DNA from: an uncultured Verrucomicrobiae bacterium
GTDB lineage: Bacteria > Verrucomicrobiota > Verrucomicrobiia > Chthoniobacterales > UBA10450
DNA: 64,000 nucleotides
Reading direction: 5' to 3'
Assembly (NCBI GenBank): GCA_963772365.1
Contig: CAVYXA010000001.1
Span: 704,001-768,000, forward strand
The translations under genes and the position numbers were made by a program. The notes under the pieces are model-generated. The model had not been told where the DNA came from. It was given only the letters and a program-made list of their open reading frames with translations, and did not search any database. Of the stretch, positions 35,625 to 46,082 are shown piece by piece. How positions within the stretch are numbered: position 1 is the first letter of the stretch; the number at the start of each line of letters is the position of its first letter.

Positions 35625-36203
35625 ATGATATTGGAACACAAACGTAACTCGTATCTAACGCTTTGGCTCGGACTGTTTGGCGCTGTCGTTGTCCTCACTG
35701 GATCGCTTTTGTTTGCTCACGCTCAAACTAAGAAAAAGGAAAATGCAAAAGTGAAACTCAAAGAAGTTCCGACGGAAGCCCAGCTCCGACAGCAATTGAA
35801 GGAAAACCAGTACCGCGTCATGCGCGAATGCGGGACCGAACCGCCATTTCACAATGCCTATTGGAACAACCATCGGCCCGGTATCTATGTCGATCCAATC
35901 ACGGGCGAACCGCTCTTTAGTTCGCTGGACAAATTTGATAGTGGCACCGGCTGGCCCAGTTTCACTAAACCGATTGACAACGAGCATGTGACCGAAAAAC
36001 GAGATGGCTCCTTTGGAATGGAACGGGTAGAGGTGCGCTCGAAAAAGAGCGATTCGCATCTTGGTCATATTTTCACCGACGGTCCTGCGCCGGGCGGTTT
36101 GCGCTATTGCGTCAATTCCGCTTCGCTGCGCTTTATTCCTGTCGAGAAATTGAAGCAAGAAGGATATGGCGAATATCTTTCACTTTTTGAAAAAAAAGAG
36201 TGA
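35625..36203 (+). CDS. msrB: Methionine-R-sulfoxide reductase MsrB with N-terminal signal/TM segment
   Basis: [32 protein letters not shown]. Confidence 0.95.
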   Translation: MILEHKRNSYLTLWLGLFGAVVVLTGSLLFAHAQTKKKENAKVKLKEVPTEAQLRQQLKENQYRVMRECGTEPPFHNAYWNNHRPGIYVDPITGEPLFSSLDKFDSGTGWPSFTKPIDNEHVTEKRDGSFGMERVEVRSKKSDSHLGHIFTDGPAPGGLRYCVNSASLRFIPVEKLKQEGYGEYLSLFEKKE

Positions 36204-36248
36204 CGCCCAGCGCGCGCTTTTGCTTGAATCAGTGGGAACGGCTCCCTG

Positions 36249-36860
36249 ATGAACAGCGCCAGAATCACCGACGATGACACTTCCCGGGTAAGCATAAGCA
36301 TCGGGATCGGGCTTGCGGTGTTGCTGACTGTGGGTGTTCTCTATTTCATCTTTATCGCCCATGCCAGCGTGCAAGAGACGGTTGGCTTTGATCCGAACCG
36401 GCCGATCCCGAGCGACAACGTGCTGCGCAAGCGACTGAAGCCGGAGCAATATCATGTGGTGCGCGAAAACGGCACGGAGACTCCGTTTCAAAACGAATAC
36501 TGGGACAATCAACGCACCGGGATTTACGCCGACATCATCACCGGCGAACCGCTGTTTAGCTCGCTGGACAAATTCGAGACCGGCACAGGCCAGCTCGCTT
36601 TCACGAAACCGATCTCCAAAGATTTGATCGCGGAAAAGCTCGATCTTTCTCACGATATGCGCCGCACCGAGACTCGCGCCCGCCGCAGCGACGCGCATCT
36701 CGGTCATTTGTTTAACGACGCGCGGTCGCCCACTGGCCAACGTTATTCGGTTAATTCCGCAGCATTCCGGTTCATTCCGGTAGAACGAATGGCGCAAGCA
36801 GGGTACGGCAAATATCTTTCGTACGTGGGCCAGAAAAATGTAGTGGACGAGAAGAAGTAA
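36249..36860 (+). CDS. MsrB paralogue lacking the catalytic Cys, with N-terminal TM segment
   Basis: GTETPF, KFETGTGQLAF, HLGHLF, RYSVNS (TCG at 36747-36749). Confidence 0.88.
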   Translation: MNSARITDDDTSRVSISIGIGLAVLLTVGVLYFIFIAHASVQETVGFDPNRPIPSDNVLRKRLKPEQYHVVRENGTETPFQNEYWDNQRTGIYADIITGEPLFSSLDKFETGTGQLAFTKPISKDLIAEKLDLSHDMRRTETRARRSDAHLGHLFNDARSPTGQRYSVNSAAFRFIPVERMAQAGYGKYLSYVGQKNVVDEKK

Positions 36861-36956
36861 GCTCGTTCACGACGCGTGTTTTCCGGCGTAGCCGCCTCGC
36901 GGTTTGACCTCGCAGCGATTTGTCGTGCGGTTTTTGCTGGCGTAGGTAAACCAAAC

Positions 36957-37892
36957 ATGGCGAGACCCGCTGTCGATCCTCAACGAACCTCTGCACTTCT
37001 CGCCGGTATCGCGGCATTCGTTACCTGGGGATTGATTCCCGGATACTGGAAGTTGCTGAAAGCAATTCCCGCCACTGAGATCCTGGCGCACAGGTTCCTT
37101 TGGACGACTTTGTTTCTCGCGGGGATGCTCAGCGCTCAACGGCGGTGGCCGGAAGTGAGAACGAATGCAAAGTCCCCGCGCGCCATCGCTTATTGTCTGG
37201 CGAGCGGCTTGGCTGTCGCTACGAACTGGTTCTTGTTCATATGGGCGGTAAACAACGGGCGCGTCATCGAGACCAGCCTTGGCTATTTCATGACTCCCCT
37301 CGTGAACGTTCTATTTGGAGCCGTTTTTTTTCAGGAACGGCTCACTCGATTGCAATTGGCTTCCGTGTTGTTGGCGACTGCTGGGGTGTTGAATCTGACT
37401 TTTGGTTATGGCTCGTTTCCGTGGGTCGCTCTTTCCCTCTGCACTTCCTTCGGTCTTTATGGATTCCTCCGGAAAAAATCTGGCACCGCCGCGATCCCGG
37501 GATTGTTCTTTGAAACGACCGCCATCGTTCCTATTGCGCTGATCTATCTGATACTGTTGACGGCCAATGGCAGTCTTCTCTTTGGACATGCCGAATGGCG
37601 ATTGTCGATCCTGCTGATGACCACCGGCGTAGTTACGGCTGTTCCGCTGCTTTGGTTCGGTTACGCGGCTCGGCACTTGCGACTCACCACCGTCGGATTC
37701 CTGCAATATCTCTCGCCTACCGGCACATTTTTTCTTGGCATATTTTTGTATCGCGAGCCGTTCACTCGCGCCCATCTGGTCACTTTTAGTCTGATCTGGA
37801 TCGCGCTCGCTCTTTTTACCAGCGAAGCCGTGATGCGCTGGCATTCGATGCGTCGCCGTGAGCTCTCTGTGGCGGTGGCGCGGCCTGTCTGA
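36957..37892 (+). CDS. rarD: RarD / EamA family transporter
   Basis: EILAHR, SLGYFMTPLVNV, LYGFLRK, GFLQYLSPT. Confidence 0.9.
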   Translation: MARPAVDPQRTSALLAGIAAFVTWGLIPGYWKLLKAIPATEILAHRFLWTTLFLAGMLSAQRRWPEVRTNAKSPRAIAYCLASGLAVATNWFLFIWAVNNGRVIETSLGYFMTPLVNVLFGAVFFQERLTRLQLASVLLATAGVLNLTFGYGSFPWVALSLCTSFGLYGFLRKKSGTAAIPGLFFETTAIVPIALIYLILLTANGSLLFGHAEWRLSILLMTTGVVTAVPLLWFGYAARHLRLTTVGFLQYLSPTGTFFLGIFLYREPFTRAHLVTFSLIWIALALFTSEAVMRWHSMRRRELSVAVARPV

Positions 37893-37937
37893 GCCATTTG
37901 CATAACGATCTCGATCTTCTATTCTTTGCACGATTTG

Positions 37938-38459
37938 ATGACGAAAGACGATTTCGAATACGCGATTGAAAACACGCGAGTGATCCTGGCGCCGGACCAG
38001 CAGATTGCGACTTTCGGCAGCACCAGCTTCCATTTTTATCTCATCTCCGAACTAATGGATCGCGTCGACCAGGTCCGCGTGCGCAACGGTAAGATCCACG
38101 CAGAGCGTCCACAAATTCTGACGCCGGAACATTATTCACGACTCCTCCTGGAAGGATTCGGCGACAAGGCCCAACGGTATGTCGATCAACTCCGCGAGCG
38201 TCTCCACAACATCGCAGTCCTCCGTTATGGTTTTCAGTTTCGAAAAACCGATGTGAGCGAAGAAACTCTACGAGACTCTGTCGATGCTGTGATCCATCGC
38301 ACGAAGCGACATGTGGAGAACGACAGCGAAGCGATGAGCGCGATCATTCACGGCGTAGATGAAGCGTGGGAAATTTGCCTTTTAAAGTTCACGATCGACC
38401 TGATTGAGCGCTCCAGTGGCGGGAATGTCCGGGATTTACGAAAGCGCGAGCTTTTGTAG
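37938..38459 (+). CDS. Conserved-looking hypothetical protein
   Basis: Clean ORF (YAIENTRVI...TFGSTSFHFYLISELMD...WEICLLKF); start at 37926 or 37938. Confidence 0.75.
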   Translation: MTKDDFEYAIENTRVILAPDQQIATFGSTSFHFYLISELMDRVDQVRVRNGKIHAERPQILTPEHYSRLLLEGFGDKAQRYVDQLRERLHNIAVLRYGFQFRKTDVSEETLRDSVDAVIHRTKRHVENDSEAMSAIIHGVDEAWEICLLKFTIDLIERSSGGNVRDLRKRELL

Positions 38460-38522
38460 GGCATTTCTGTGACGCGCCATTCCGTCTGACACGCACGCCT
38501 ACAATCTGCAAGCCAGCGTGGG

Positions 38523-39236
38523 TCAACTTCGCCGGTAGCGCCGCATCAATTTGAAAAAGCGCAGGGTGTCGCGGACCGGATGAATGCTGCTGACTTCGTC
38601 GCAGTAAACTGTCGTTATTGGGACGGAATCGATTCGATAACCGTTGCGGCTGGCTTTGATGAGCATCTCGGTTTCGTAATCGAATCGGTCCGCTCCGGCG
38701 AGCATCTCGGGAATCAATTCTCGATGTAACATCCGGAAGCCGCATTGCGTGTCGGGAATGTCCTGTCCGCACAATCGGCTGATTCGTTTACTCATATAAC
38801 GATTCACGATCCGGCGAACGAGTGGCATGCGTGAAACGTCATCCATTCGGTTACCGATGATCATCTTTGCGTCGCTCGCCCGAGCGGTTTCGATGAACCC
38901 ATCGATTTCTTCGGGCCGATGCTGCGCGTCGGCATCAAGGAGTAGCAGCCAGTTGAATTGTCGATTCTGTCCAACGCCGGACGACCCCTCAGTTGCCAGC
39001 CAATGCCGGAGGCCGGTTCGAATCGCCTCGCCCTTGCCGCGGTTTTCCGGATGAACGATCACTTGCGCGCCGGCGGTTTGCGCCTCCGCAGCAGTACCAT
39101 CGCTCGATCCGTCATCGACTACGAGCACGCGATCAAGCTTTGCCCGCGTTCTCCGAACCACGTCGCCGATGTGTTTCCCTTCATTAAACGCAGGAATGAC
39201 TGCAGCGATTGTCGATCTTTCTGTTTCTCTTGTCAT
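38523..39236 (-). CDS. Glycosyltransferase family 2 (DPM synthase-like)
   Basis: VIPAFNE, VVDDGSSD, NRGKG, DADAQH, DTQCGFR. Confidence 0.92.
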   Translation of the reverse strand: MTRETERSTIAAVIPAFNEGKHIGDVVRRTRAKLDRVLVVDDGSSDGTAAEAQTAGAQVIVHPENRGKGEAIRTGLRHWLATEGSSGVGQNRQFNWLLLLDADAQHRPEEIDGFIETARASDAKMIIGNRMDDVSRMPLVRRIVNRYMSKRISRLCGQDIPDTQCGFRMLHRELIPEMLAGADRFDYETEMLIKASRNGYRIDSVPITTVYCDEVSSIHPVRDTLRFFKLMRRYRRS

Positions 39237-39328
39237 GTTGAGCGAAGCGAAACATCCCAAACTATTGCTCAAATCGTGCCAGAACGTCTGAGATTCTTTT
39301 CCGGCGTCTGTCCAATTCATAATGCCAG

Positions 39329-40227
39329 TCACCGCCGAACCGGCTGAAAATCGGCCGCGTGATAAGAGCTGCGAACCAGCGGACCGGAGGCGACGTGAAG
39401 AAATCCCTTTTTGCGTGCGATTTCGCCGTAGTAATCGAATCGCTCGCGGCGGAATGTATTCGACCACCGGCAGATGTTTCGGCGTTGGCCGAAGATACTG
39501 GCCCAGCGTCAACACTTCGCAGCCGACTTCGCGCAAGTCACCCATCGTTTGGAAAAGTTCCGATTCCGTCTCTCCTAACCCAAGCATGATGCCGCTCTTG
39601 GTGGCGATCCCGGCGGTGCGAGACGAAAGCTCTTTGGCTCGTTTCAGCACTTGCAGTGAAGTGCGATATTTCGCCCGCGAACGCACCAGCGGCGTAAGAC
39701 GTTCAACGGTTTCCATGTTGTGGTTGTAAATGTCGGGAACAGCGTCGAGCACGATTTGGATGCACCAATCCTGCGCGTGAAAATCCGGCACTAGAACTTC
39801 GACAATCACCGAAGGGTCCATGTCGCGAATCGCCGCGATGATGCGCGCGAAATGATTCGCCGCCGCCATCCTCGAAATCATCGCGCGCGACGGCAGTAAT
39901 CACGACATGTTTCAATTTCATCCGCTTAACCGCCTCGGCCACTCGCTGCGGTTCATCTTCTTCCAGGGCAAATGGTTTTGCGGTCTTCACGGCGCAAAAT
40001 CCGCACGCTCGAGTGCAACGATCCCCGGCGATCATCATCGTGGCCGTTCCCTGGCTCCAGCATTCCCACCGATTTGGACATTGCGCGCTTTCGCAAACCG
40101 TATGCAAACGCAGATCGGAAATGAGCGCTTTGGTGGAAAAGAAAACCGGATTGGACGGCAAGCGGACCTTTATCCAGGCCGGTTTCTGCGCCTGATGCAG
40201 CGCCGGATCGATCTTCGCGCAGGACAT
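39329..40227 (-). CDS. lipA: Lipoyl synthase (two frameshifts)
   Basis: [40 protein letters not shown]. Confidence 0.93.
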
Positions 40228-40292
40228 CGGAAAATTCGTTAAAATTTTAAATGAAGGCAAATTTCTTAAAAGTAACACCTAAAACTTAAAGC

Positions 40293-40904
40293 TCAACTAC
40301 AGCTTCGTCCGTCCGGATAATGCCGTGAAAGGGTCAATTCATCGGCCGATTCGAGGGCGCCGCCGGCGGGAATGCCGCGGGCGATCCTCGTGAGCGTCAC
40401 CGGCTTTCCCTTCAAGAAGATCGACAAGATAATTCGTGGTGGCTTCGCCTTCGACATCGGCTGCGAGCGCAAAAATGATCTCGGAGATCTTTTCGCGATC
40501 GACGCGATCGATAAATTCTTTGATTCGCAAATCCTCCGGACCGACATGATCAAGGGGCGAAATTTTTCCGCCCAGACGAATGATAGCGCCCACGAAACGC
40601 GCTCGTTTTTTCCAGCGGCAGAATATCGGTCGGCTGTTCGACCACACAAAGAAGATCTGCGCGCCGCGATGGATCGGCGCAGATATCGCAGATCTCCTGT
40701 CTAAAAAAGCCGCAAAGCGCGCAGGGATGAATAGCGCGCCGCGTCCAGGTAATGGCGCGTGCGATCTGTTCCGGTTGATCGTCCCGCGCCTGAACGATCC
40801 AGAGCGCGATTCGTTCGGCTGAACGCGGACCGATGCCCGGCATTTGCCGAAGCTGCGCGATCAAATCCCTCAGCGCAGCGCGGATATTCGGTTTTTCTCA
40901 ACAC
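40293..40904 (-). CDS. recR: Recombination mediator RecR (several frameshifts)
   Basis: PGIGPRSAERIA, CALC...CDIC, CVVEQP, EGEAT, TRIARGIPAGGALE. Confidence 0.92.
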
Positions 40905-40914
40905 GGCCCAGTGC

Positions 40915-42173
40915 TTAGCCAACGGCGCTTCCGCCAAATGCAACGCCAGCGGCTCCAGCCGGCGCAGATAGAGTTGCAAGTGGCGCATCGTTTTCCGCGT
41001 CCGGACCGCGCGCTTTTTGGAATTCGGAGTATGCTTCCGCCCAGCGTTTTTCGCGATAAAACACGACGCCGTTCCAGAAACGAATCGCGCCGGGCAAGGT
41101 GTTCCGGTTTAGCTTCCGCTGCCAGCCAAAGCGGCTCGTAAATTTCATGCCGCTCCTGCGAGTTGACTCCACTGAGAAAATCGATCGGACGCGCCACCAC
41201 GATTTTGCTTGCCAGCTCAAACGTGCGCGGGCCAATCAAGATTCGTGATCCATAAAAACGATTGGCCACACAGAACCGTGCGAGCCAGCTCGACCGGTTC
41301 GCCTGCAGTCAGCAGGGGACGACTTCCGTCCCGTTCTAACGGCGCGGCAATGATCTGACCCGAACTGACCCCTAAATGAACATCGCAATTGCTGGAGAGT
41401 TCGCCGTTGTTTTGCCGGCTCGAATCGCGAAATTGGTTGACTAGCTCCAGCGCGACCCGGACGGCCTTTTCCGCATGTTCCGTTTCCGTGATCGGGAAAT
41501 CCGAAAATCGCAACAACTCCTTCGCCGTCGGCCGCCTGAATATAAGCGCCGGCTTCACATTAAGAGATCAGTCGCGCGACCAATAAATTTGTCCGATGGC
41601 CTCCGCGAATGCTGTGGGTTCAGATTCCTCGGCCAGATCGTATTTGTTGGCGATGTCGCAGACTACGACTGTGACTTCGTAAGTTTTCGCCTGCCCATCA
41701 AGAGGAGTTTCGCCTTCAATAATCCGCTGTATTTGCTCATTCGACAGGCGGCCGGTAAAAAAGGCGTGGGCCTGACTTGCCCGGCCGTGAGTCGCAAGAG
41801 CGACCGCTCTTTCCGCGGCGACGAACGCGAGTATTACCGCGAGAATCAAAGGGAGCGGTTGAAAGAAAATGTGATAGAGCGCGCACACCGCGGTCAGAAC
41901 GATGATCTCAATCAATAGTGCGCCGGCCACCCACATCATTCGCGATCGACGTGCGCTCATCGAAGTTAACGCAGCCACTCCGAGCGAGAAAACAAGAGCG
42001 ATCAGCAGATATTGCCAGACTTCGCCGGATGGAGAAGAAATCGGGCGAAAGTGCGAAACGAGTCCCGCAATTGGCTGCTCGATTATTGCAAGCAATCCGA
42101 TGCCGTGCAGCGTCACCACCAGCCCGGCGACAACAACGCCAATGATCAACGTTACTGCAAGAGGCCGTTTCAT
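40915..42173 (-). CDS. Membrane-anchored class III adenylate/guanylate cyclase-like protein, degenerate active site, frameshifted
   Basis: N-terminal TMs; VTVVVCDI, ADGEGVVAIFGFP, HAEKAV..ALE, GEPVELAR, ANRFYGSRILI; TPR-like tail. Confidence 0.75.
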
Positions 42174-42181
42174 CTAACGAA

Positions 42182-43774
42182 TCACGCGTTCCGGGCGGAC
42201 GCAGCAGGATGGTACGACTTTATCACGAGTTCGCTCAAGAATTTATCCGGCTGATCGACAGCCGCAGCATCGAGCACAAATCGGTTCTGACCAGTATTTT
42301 TTTTCACCAAACCAAGCCCAAATTGATATTCCCTGAACAGATGTCCACAGAGTTGCTCCATCGTCATCCGCTCCGCTTGCGTGCGTTGAACCAATCTGTG
42401 CACCGCCGCATCCTCAAGCACAATCTCGATCCCATGGGCCTGCTTGAACTTTTCGGCAAACTGAAGCGCGTTTGCTTCGAGCGCTTTCGCCTCCTCCTTG
42501 TGACCTTCCGCCATCAATTGCTGCAGCACGCGCTTCGGTTCCCGAACTAGCTCGGCTGTGACCCGCAACTGGCTCAATCCCGATCCAGCCAGGTAGTATT
42601 TGTAATCGCGGAACAATTTTTCAAAAACGGTAAGCAAGCCCCGCGCTCCGGTTTTTTCCTGAGCCGCGGCTTCCGCCAGCAATCGCAGCGCTTCGTCCTC
42701 AAAACTAATGTCGATTCCATAGGCCCGAAAGGCGCGTTCGTATTGCCGGAGCAAACTGCCTTCGGAAAATTTCATGATCTCAAACAGATCATCGGCGTCG
42801 AGCTCCTCGCAGACTACACGCACCGGCAGCCGTCCGATGAATTCCGGCTCGAAACCGTATTCCACAAAATCGTGCGTCGTGACGTACTGAAATAGATCGT
42901 TGTCCATCACTTCCACAGGCGAGGCGCTGAATCCGATCTGCCCCTGGCGAACTCTGCGGCCAACCTGCTCCTTCAGTTTTTCGAACGCACCGCTAACCAC
43001 AAACAGAATGTGCCGCGTGTTGATAGTGTCGCGTTTGGCTTTGCCGCGCCGTTGAAACTCGAACGCGGCTTGGAGTTGAGCCTGGAGATCGTTCATGCTT
43101 CTGACCGGCACTTCCGTTTCTTCCATTAACTTCAACAAAGTTGTCTGAACGCCGCGCCCGCTGACATCGCGACCGATCAAATTTCCAGCTGACGCAATCT
43201 TGTCGATCTCGTCGATGTAGATAATCCCGAACTGAGCGAGGTTTACGTCGCCATCCGCTTTGTGCACCAGCTCGCGCACCAAATCCTCGACATCGCCGCC
43301 GACATAACCAGTCTCGCTAAACTTCGTCGCATCCGCTTTGACAAACGGCACTTTGATCAGATCGGCGATGTGCTTAATGAGATAGGTTTTCCCTACACCC
43401 GTCGGCCCGACCAGAATCACGTTCTGTTTGGCGTACTCGATTTCCTGCGGGCGTGCGCCGCCCTCTTTCTCGATCCGGCGCAAATAGTTCGCATGATTGT
43501 AATGATCGCAGACCGCAATTGAGAGCACCTTCTTGGCTTCATCCTGCTTGATTACGAAGCGATCGAGATGCGCCTTGATGTCGCGCGGCAGGAAATTGAA
43601 CTCGAACTCCGCGTGCTCGGTTTTCTCCGGCTTTTCGTCCTCGCCCGCCGCGGCCGGCTCGGGTTGCATAAAAGTCTGCACGGAGACGCGATCGCCGAAG
43701 TTCTGTTTCATGAACTCCGAGATCTTCGTCTTCAATTCCTCGGGCGAAGGAAACTGCGGTGGATTCTGTTCCAT
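42182..43774 (-). CDS. ClpX-like AAA+ ATPase lacking the N-terminal zinc-binding domain
   Basis: [42 protein letters not shown] loop, [14 protein letters not shown]. Confidence 0.88.
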   Translation of the reverse strand: MEQNPPQFPSPEELKTKISEFMKQNFGDRVSVQTFMQPEPAAAGEDEKPEKTEHAEFEFNFLPRDIKAHLDRFVIKQDEAKKVLSIAVCDHYNHANYLRRIEKEGGARPQEIEYAKQNVILVGPTGVGKTYLIKHIADLIKVPFVKADATKFSETGYVGGDVEDLVRELVHKADGDVNLAQFGIIYIDEIDKIASAGNLIGRDVSGRGVQTTLLKLMEETEVPVRSMNDLQAQLQAAFEFQRRGKAKRDTINTRHILFVVSGAFEKLKEQVGRRVRQGQIGFSASPVEVMDNDLFQYVTTHDFVEYGFEPEFIGRLPVRVVCEELDADDLFEIMKFSEGSLLRQYERAFRAYGIDISFEDEALRLLAEAAAQEKTGARGLLTVFEKLFRDYKYYLAGSGLSQLRVTAELVREPKRVLQQLMAEGHKEEAKALEANALQFAEKFKQAHGIEIVLEDAAVHRLVQRTQAERMTMEQLCGHLFREYQFGLGLVKKNTGQNRFVLDAAAVDQPDKFLSELVIKSYHPAASARNA

Positions 43775-43906
43775 GTTAGGGCGACGCAAAGGGTCGCGCG
43801 AAAATCTACCATTGCAATGATAGCTGTAAATATGACTCTCCTTGGCCCGATTTCGTTCATCCGGAACAGGAGCGATGTCGAGTGCGCTGAAGATGTCGAT
43901 GCTAAC

Positions 43907-44797
43907 TTATCGGCGAGCGGCAAGCGCGTCCGGTTGTTTTCCGGCAAAGATCCCGTCCAGATCGCTCAATACTTTTTCCGGACCGAGATACTTTTGACCG
44001 TCGAAGCTGCTGGAAATTAATTTGCCGCTGGCTTCCACGAGGACCAATGATGGGATCCCGCTGCCCGCAGCCTTCAGCAATTCGCTTTTTTCGTCGCGCT
44101 TCCCGTAATCGAGTGCCGGCCATGGCATGTTACTCTCGCGCATGTAGTTTTCCATCTCAGTCGCTGATTTGTCGAAGCTATAAAAGACAATTTCAAACTC
44201 CGGGTGCTGCGGCGCCACGCGATTGTAGTATTCGACTAATTGCGGCGTGAAGCGGCGACAGGGCGGACACCAATGCGCCGAGAAGTAGTAGACGATATAT
44301 TTTTTCTTTCCAATCGCGTCGTCATCTGCTCGCACAAAGCTATTGTTGCTCAGGCGAACGAGTGAGCCTTTCAAATAATCGTAAGTGACATTATCGGCTT
44401 GGAATTTCAGAAGAGCTGCGGCTTTTTCCCGGGCGAGTTGATGTTGATATAGCGTGTCGAACTTGCGCGCTTCCTCGGCCAGTTCGACGCGCCGTTTGGC
44501 TTCGGCCTCGATTTTTGCTTTGGCTTGGGTCGCTTCTTCTGGAGAGACCGAGAAGCTTCCGCTCTTGATCGAACTTACCAACACTGGCGTGGCACCAGCC
44601 TTGAGCAAATCCGTTTCGGTGGCTGAATTCAGCGTATCGGCAAAACGGCGTCTGGCCAGTTCCTGGGTGACATCCTCGCTGGAATATCCCGTGCGGAGCA
44701 TCAGAGTGATGTCTTTCACGGTCAGCGGTAACAGTTTTGCCGGCCCGCTTAGGATCGACAAGAGAAGGAAAGCGAGGGCAGCCAATGAACGACGCAT
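43907..44797 (-). CDS. Secreted thioredoxin-like (nucleoredoxin/tryparedoxin-type) protein
   Basis: Signal peptide; YFSAHWCPPCRRFTP, MPW, GIPSLV. Confidence 0.88.
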   Translation of the reverse strand: MRRSLAALAFLLLSILSGPAKLLPLTVKDITLMLRTGYSSEDVTQELARRRFADTLNSATETDLLKAGATPVLVSSIKSGSFSVSPEEATQAKAKIEAEAKRRVELAEEARKFDTLYQHQLAREKAAALLKFQADNVTYDYLKGSLVRLSNNSFVRADDDAIGKKKYIVYYFSAHWCPPCRRFTPQLVEYYNRVAPQHPEFEIVFYSFDKSATEMENYMRESNMPWPALDYGKRDEKSELLKAAGSGIPSLVLVEASGKLISSSFDGQKYLGPEKVLSDLDGIFAGKQPDALAARR

Positions 44798-45089
44798 GCT
44801 TGCTAACGAGCAGGAGATGCGCCAGAACTCCGTTTACGCTAGCGGTTAACTCAATCCGAAAGCCACGAACGCAGCCCGACCCAGCACTGAATTTTGTTCC
44901 CGCTCTGTGCCGGAGCGTCTTTTTCCGTCCGTTCCACGCGCGCTGTTTCGCCACATTTAGTGCAGGTAATCAACGAAAGCGGTTCGGCATTCTTGCGTCA
45001 AAGGCCATTCCGCAGCCGGGACAACGTTGGCTTGTCGCGCTTTCTCGAAGACATCGCGCCGAGTGTAACATTCCGCAATCGCCGCTACA

Positions 45090-46052
45090 ATGCAGGGCAC
45101 GACTGTGAACCGATTAGCTAGCGAAGGACAGAGCACAATCGAATTGGTGGTGTCGAAACAGGATGCCCGTCTTCGCCTGGATCGATTTCTCGCCAAAGAG
45201 CTGACCTCCTATTCCCGATCCCGGGTTCAGCAATTGATTCGGGCGAATTTTGTCACCGTAAATAAGAAGTCCGCGCGGCCGAGCGATCTCGTTCGCACCG
45301 GCGACCATGTCGATGTTGTCGAACCGCCGCCGGAGAAGATCGACAATAAACCGGAGCCGATTCCACTCGACGTTCTGTGCGAGGACGACGATCTCATCGT
45401 CATCAACAAGCCAGCCGGGCTGGTGGTTCATCCCGGCGCCGGCCATCGCGAACACACACTCGTCAATGCATTGCTGCATCATGTGCCCTCCCTTTCCGGA
45501 ATTGGCGGGAAAGAACGGCCAGGGATCGTCCATCGGCTCGACAAAGATACGAGCGGTTGCCTGGTCATTGCGAAGAACGACGAGATACACCGCGATCTCT
45601 CGACACAATTTGCAGCGCGCACAGTGGAGAAGATTTATCTCGCGCTTGTGGCCGGCAGGCTGAAGCCAACCGCCGGCACAATTCAGGAAAAGATCGGTCG
45701 TCACCCCGTCCATCGACAGCGAATGTCCGTCGTCTCAGCCCGCGGCCGGCCAGCAAAAACCGAATACCGCGTTATTCGGGTGAGCGACCAAGCGACTCTT
45801 GTTGAGTGCCGATTACATAGCGGCCGCACCCATCAGATTCGCGTTCACATGCATCATCTCGGCCATCCGGTTCTTGGGGACAAAATTTACGCTCCGAAAT
45901 TGGCCAAGTATTTCCCGCGCCAAATGCTGCACTCCTGGAAACTCGGCTTCCGTCATCCCCGCACCGGCGAATGCAAAATCTTCGAAGCTCCGTTGCCAGC
46001 CGATTTCGAAGACGCACTGAAACAGTTTTGGCCGGCTGCACAGACGCGTTAA
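45090..46052 (+). CDS. rluD: RluA-family pseudouridine synthase (RluD-like, with S4 domain)
   Basis: RLDRFL, NKPAGLVVHP, HRLDKDTSG, GRTHQIRVH. Confidence 0.9.
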   Translation: MQGTTVNRLASEGQSTIELVVSKQDARLRLDRFLAKELTSYSRSRVQQLIRANFVTVNKKSARPSDLVRTGDHVDVVEPPPEKIDNKPEPIPLDVLCEDDDLIVINKPAGLVVHPGAGHREHTLVNALLHHVPSLSGIGGKERPGIVHRLDKDTSGCLVIAKNDEIHRDLSTQFAARTVEKIYLALVAGRLKPTAGTIQEKIGRHPVHRQRMSVVSARGRPAKTEYRVIRVSDQATLVECRLHSGRTHQIRVHMHHLGHPVLGDKIYAPKLAKYFPRQMLHSWKLGFRHPRTGECKIFEAPLPADFEDALKQFWPAAQTR

Positions 46053-46082
46053 GGGAACATCGGTTTGCAATTCACTACAGGT

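Noticed and set aside
36747..36749. Selenocysteine in the second MsrB
   Set aside because: The codon is TCG (Ser), not TGA.
38523..39881. Apparent LipA-glycosyltransferase fusion (452-aa ORF)
   Set aside because: It arises from a lipA frameshift plus read-through across a REP; lipA has its own end (RSSYHA...stop at 39329) in another frame.
44800..45090. Possible ncRNA in the divergent intergenic region (also 13273-13454)
   Set aside because: No recognisable RNA family motif; both regions are adequately explained as divergent promoter regions.
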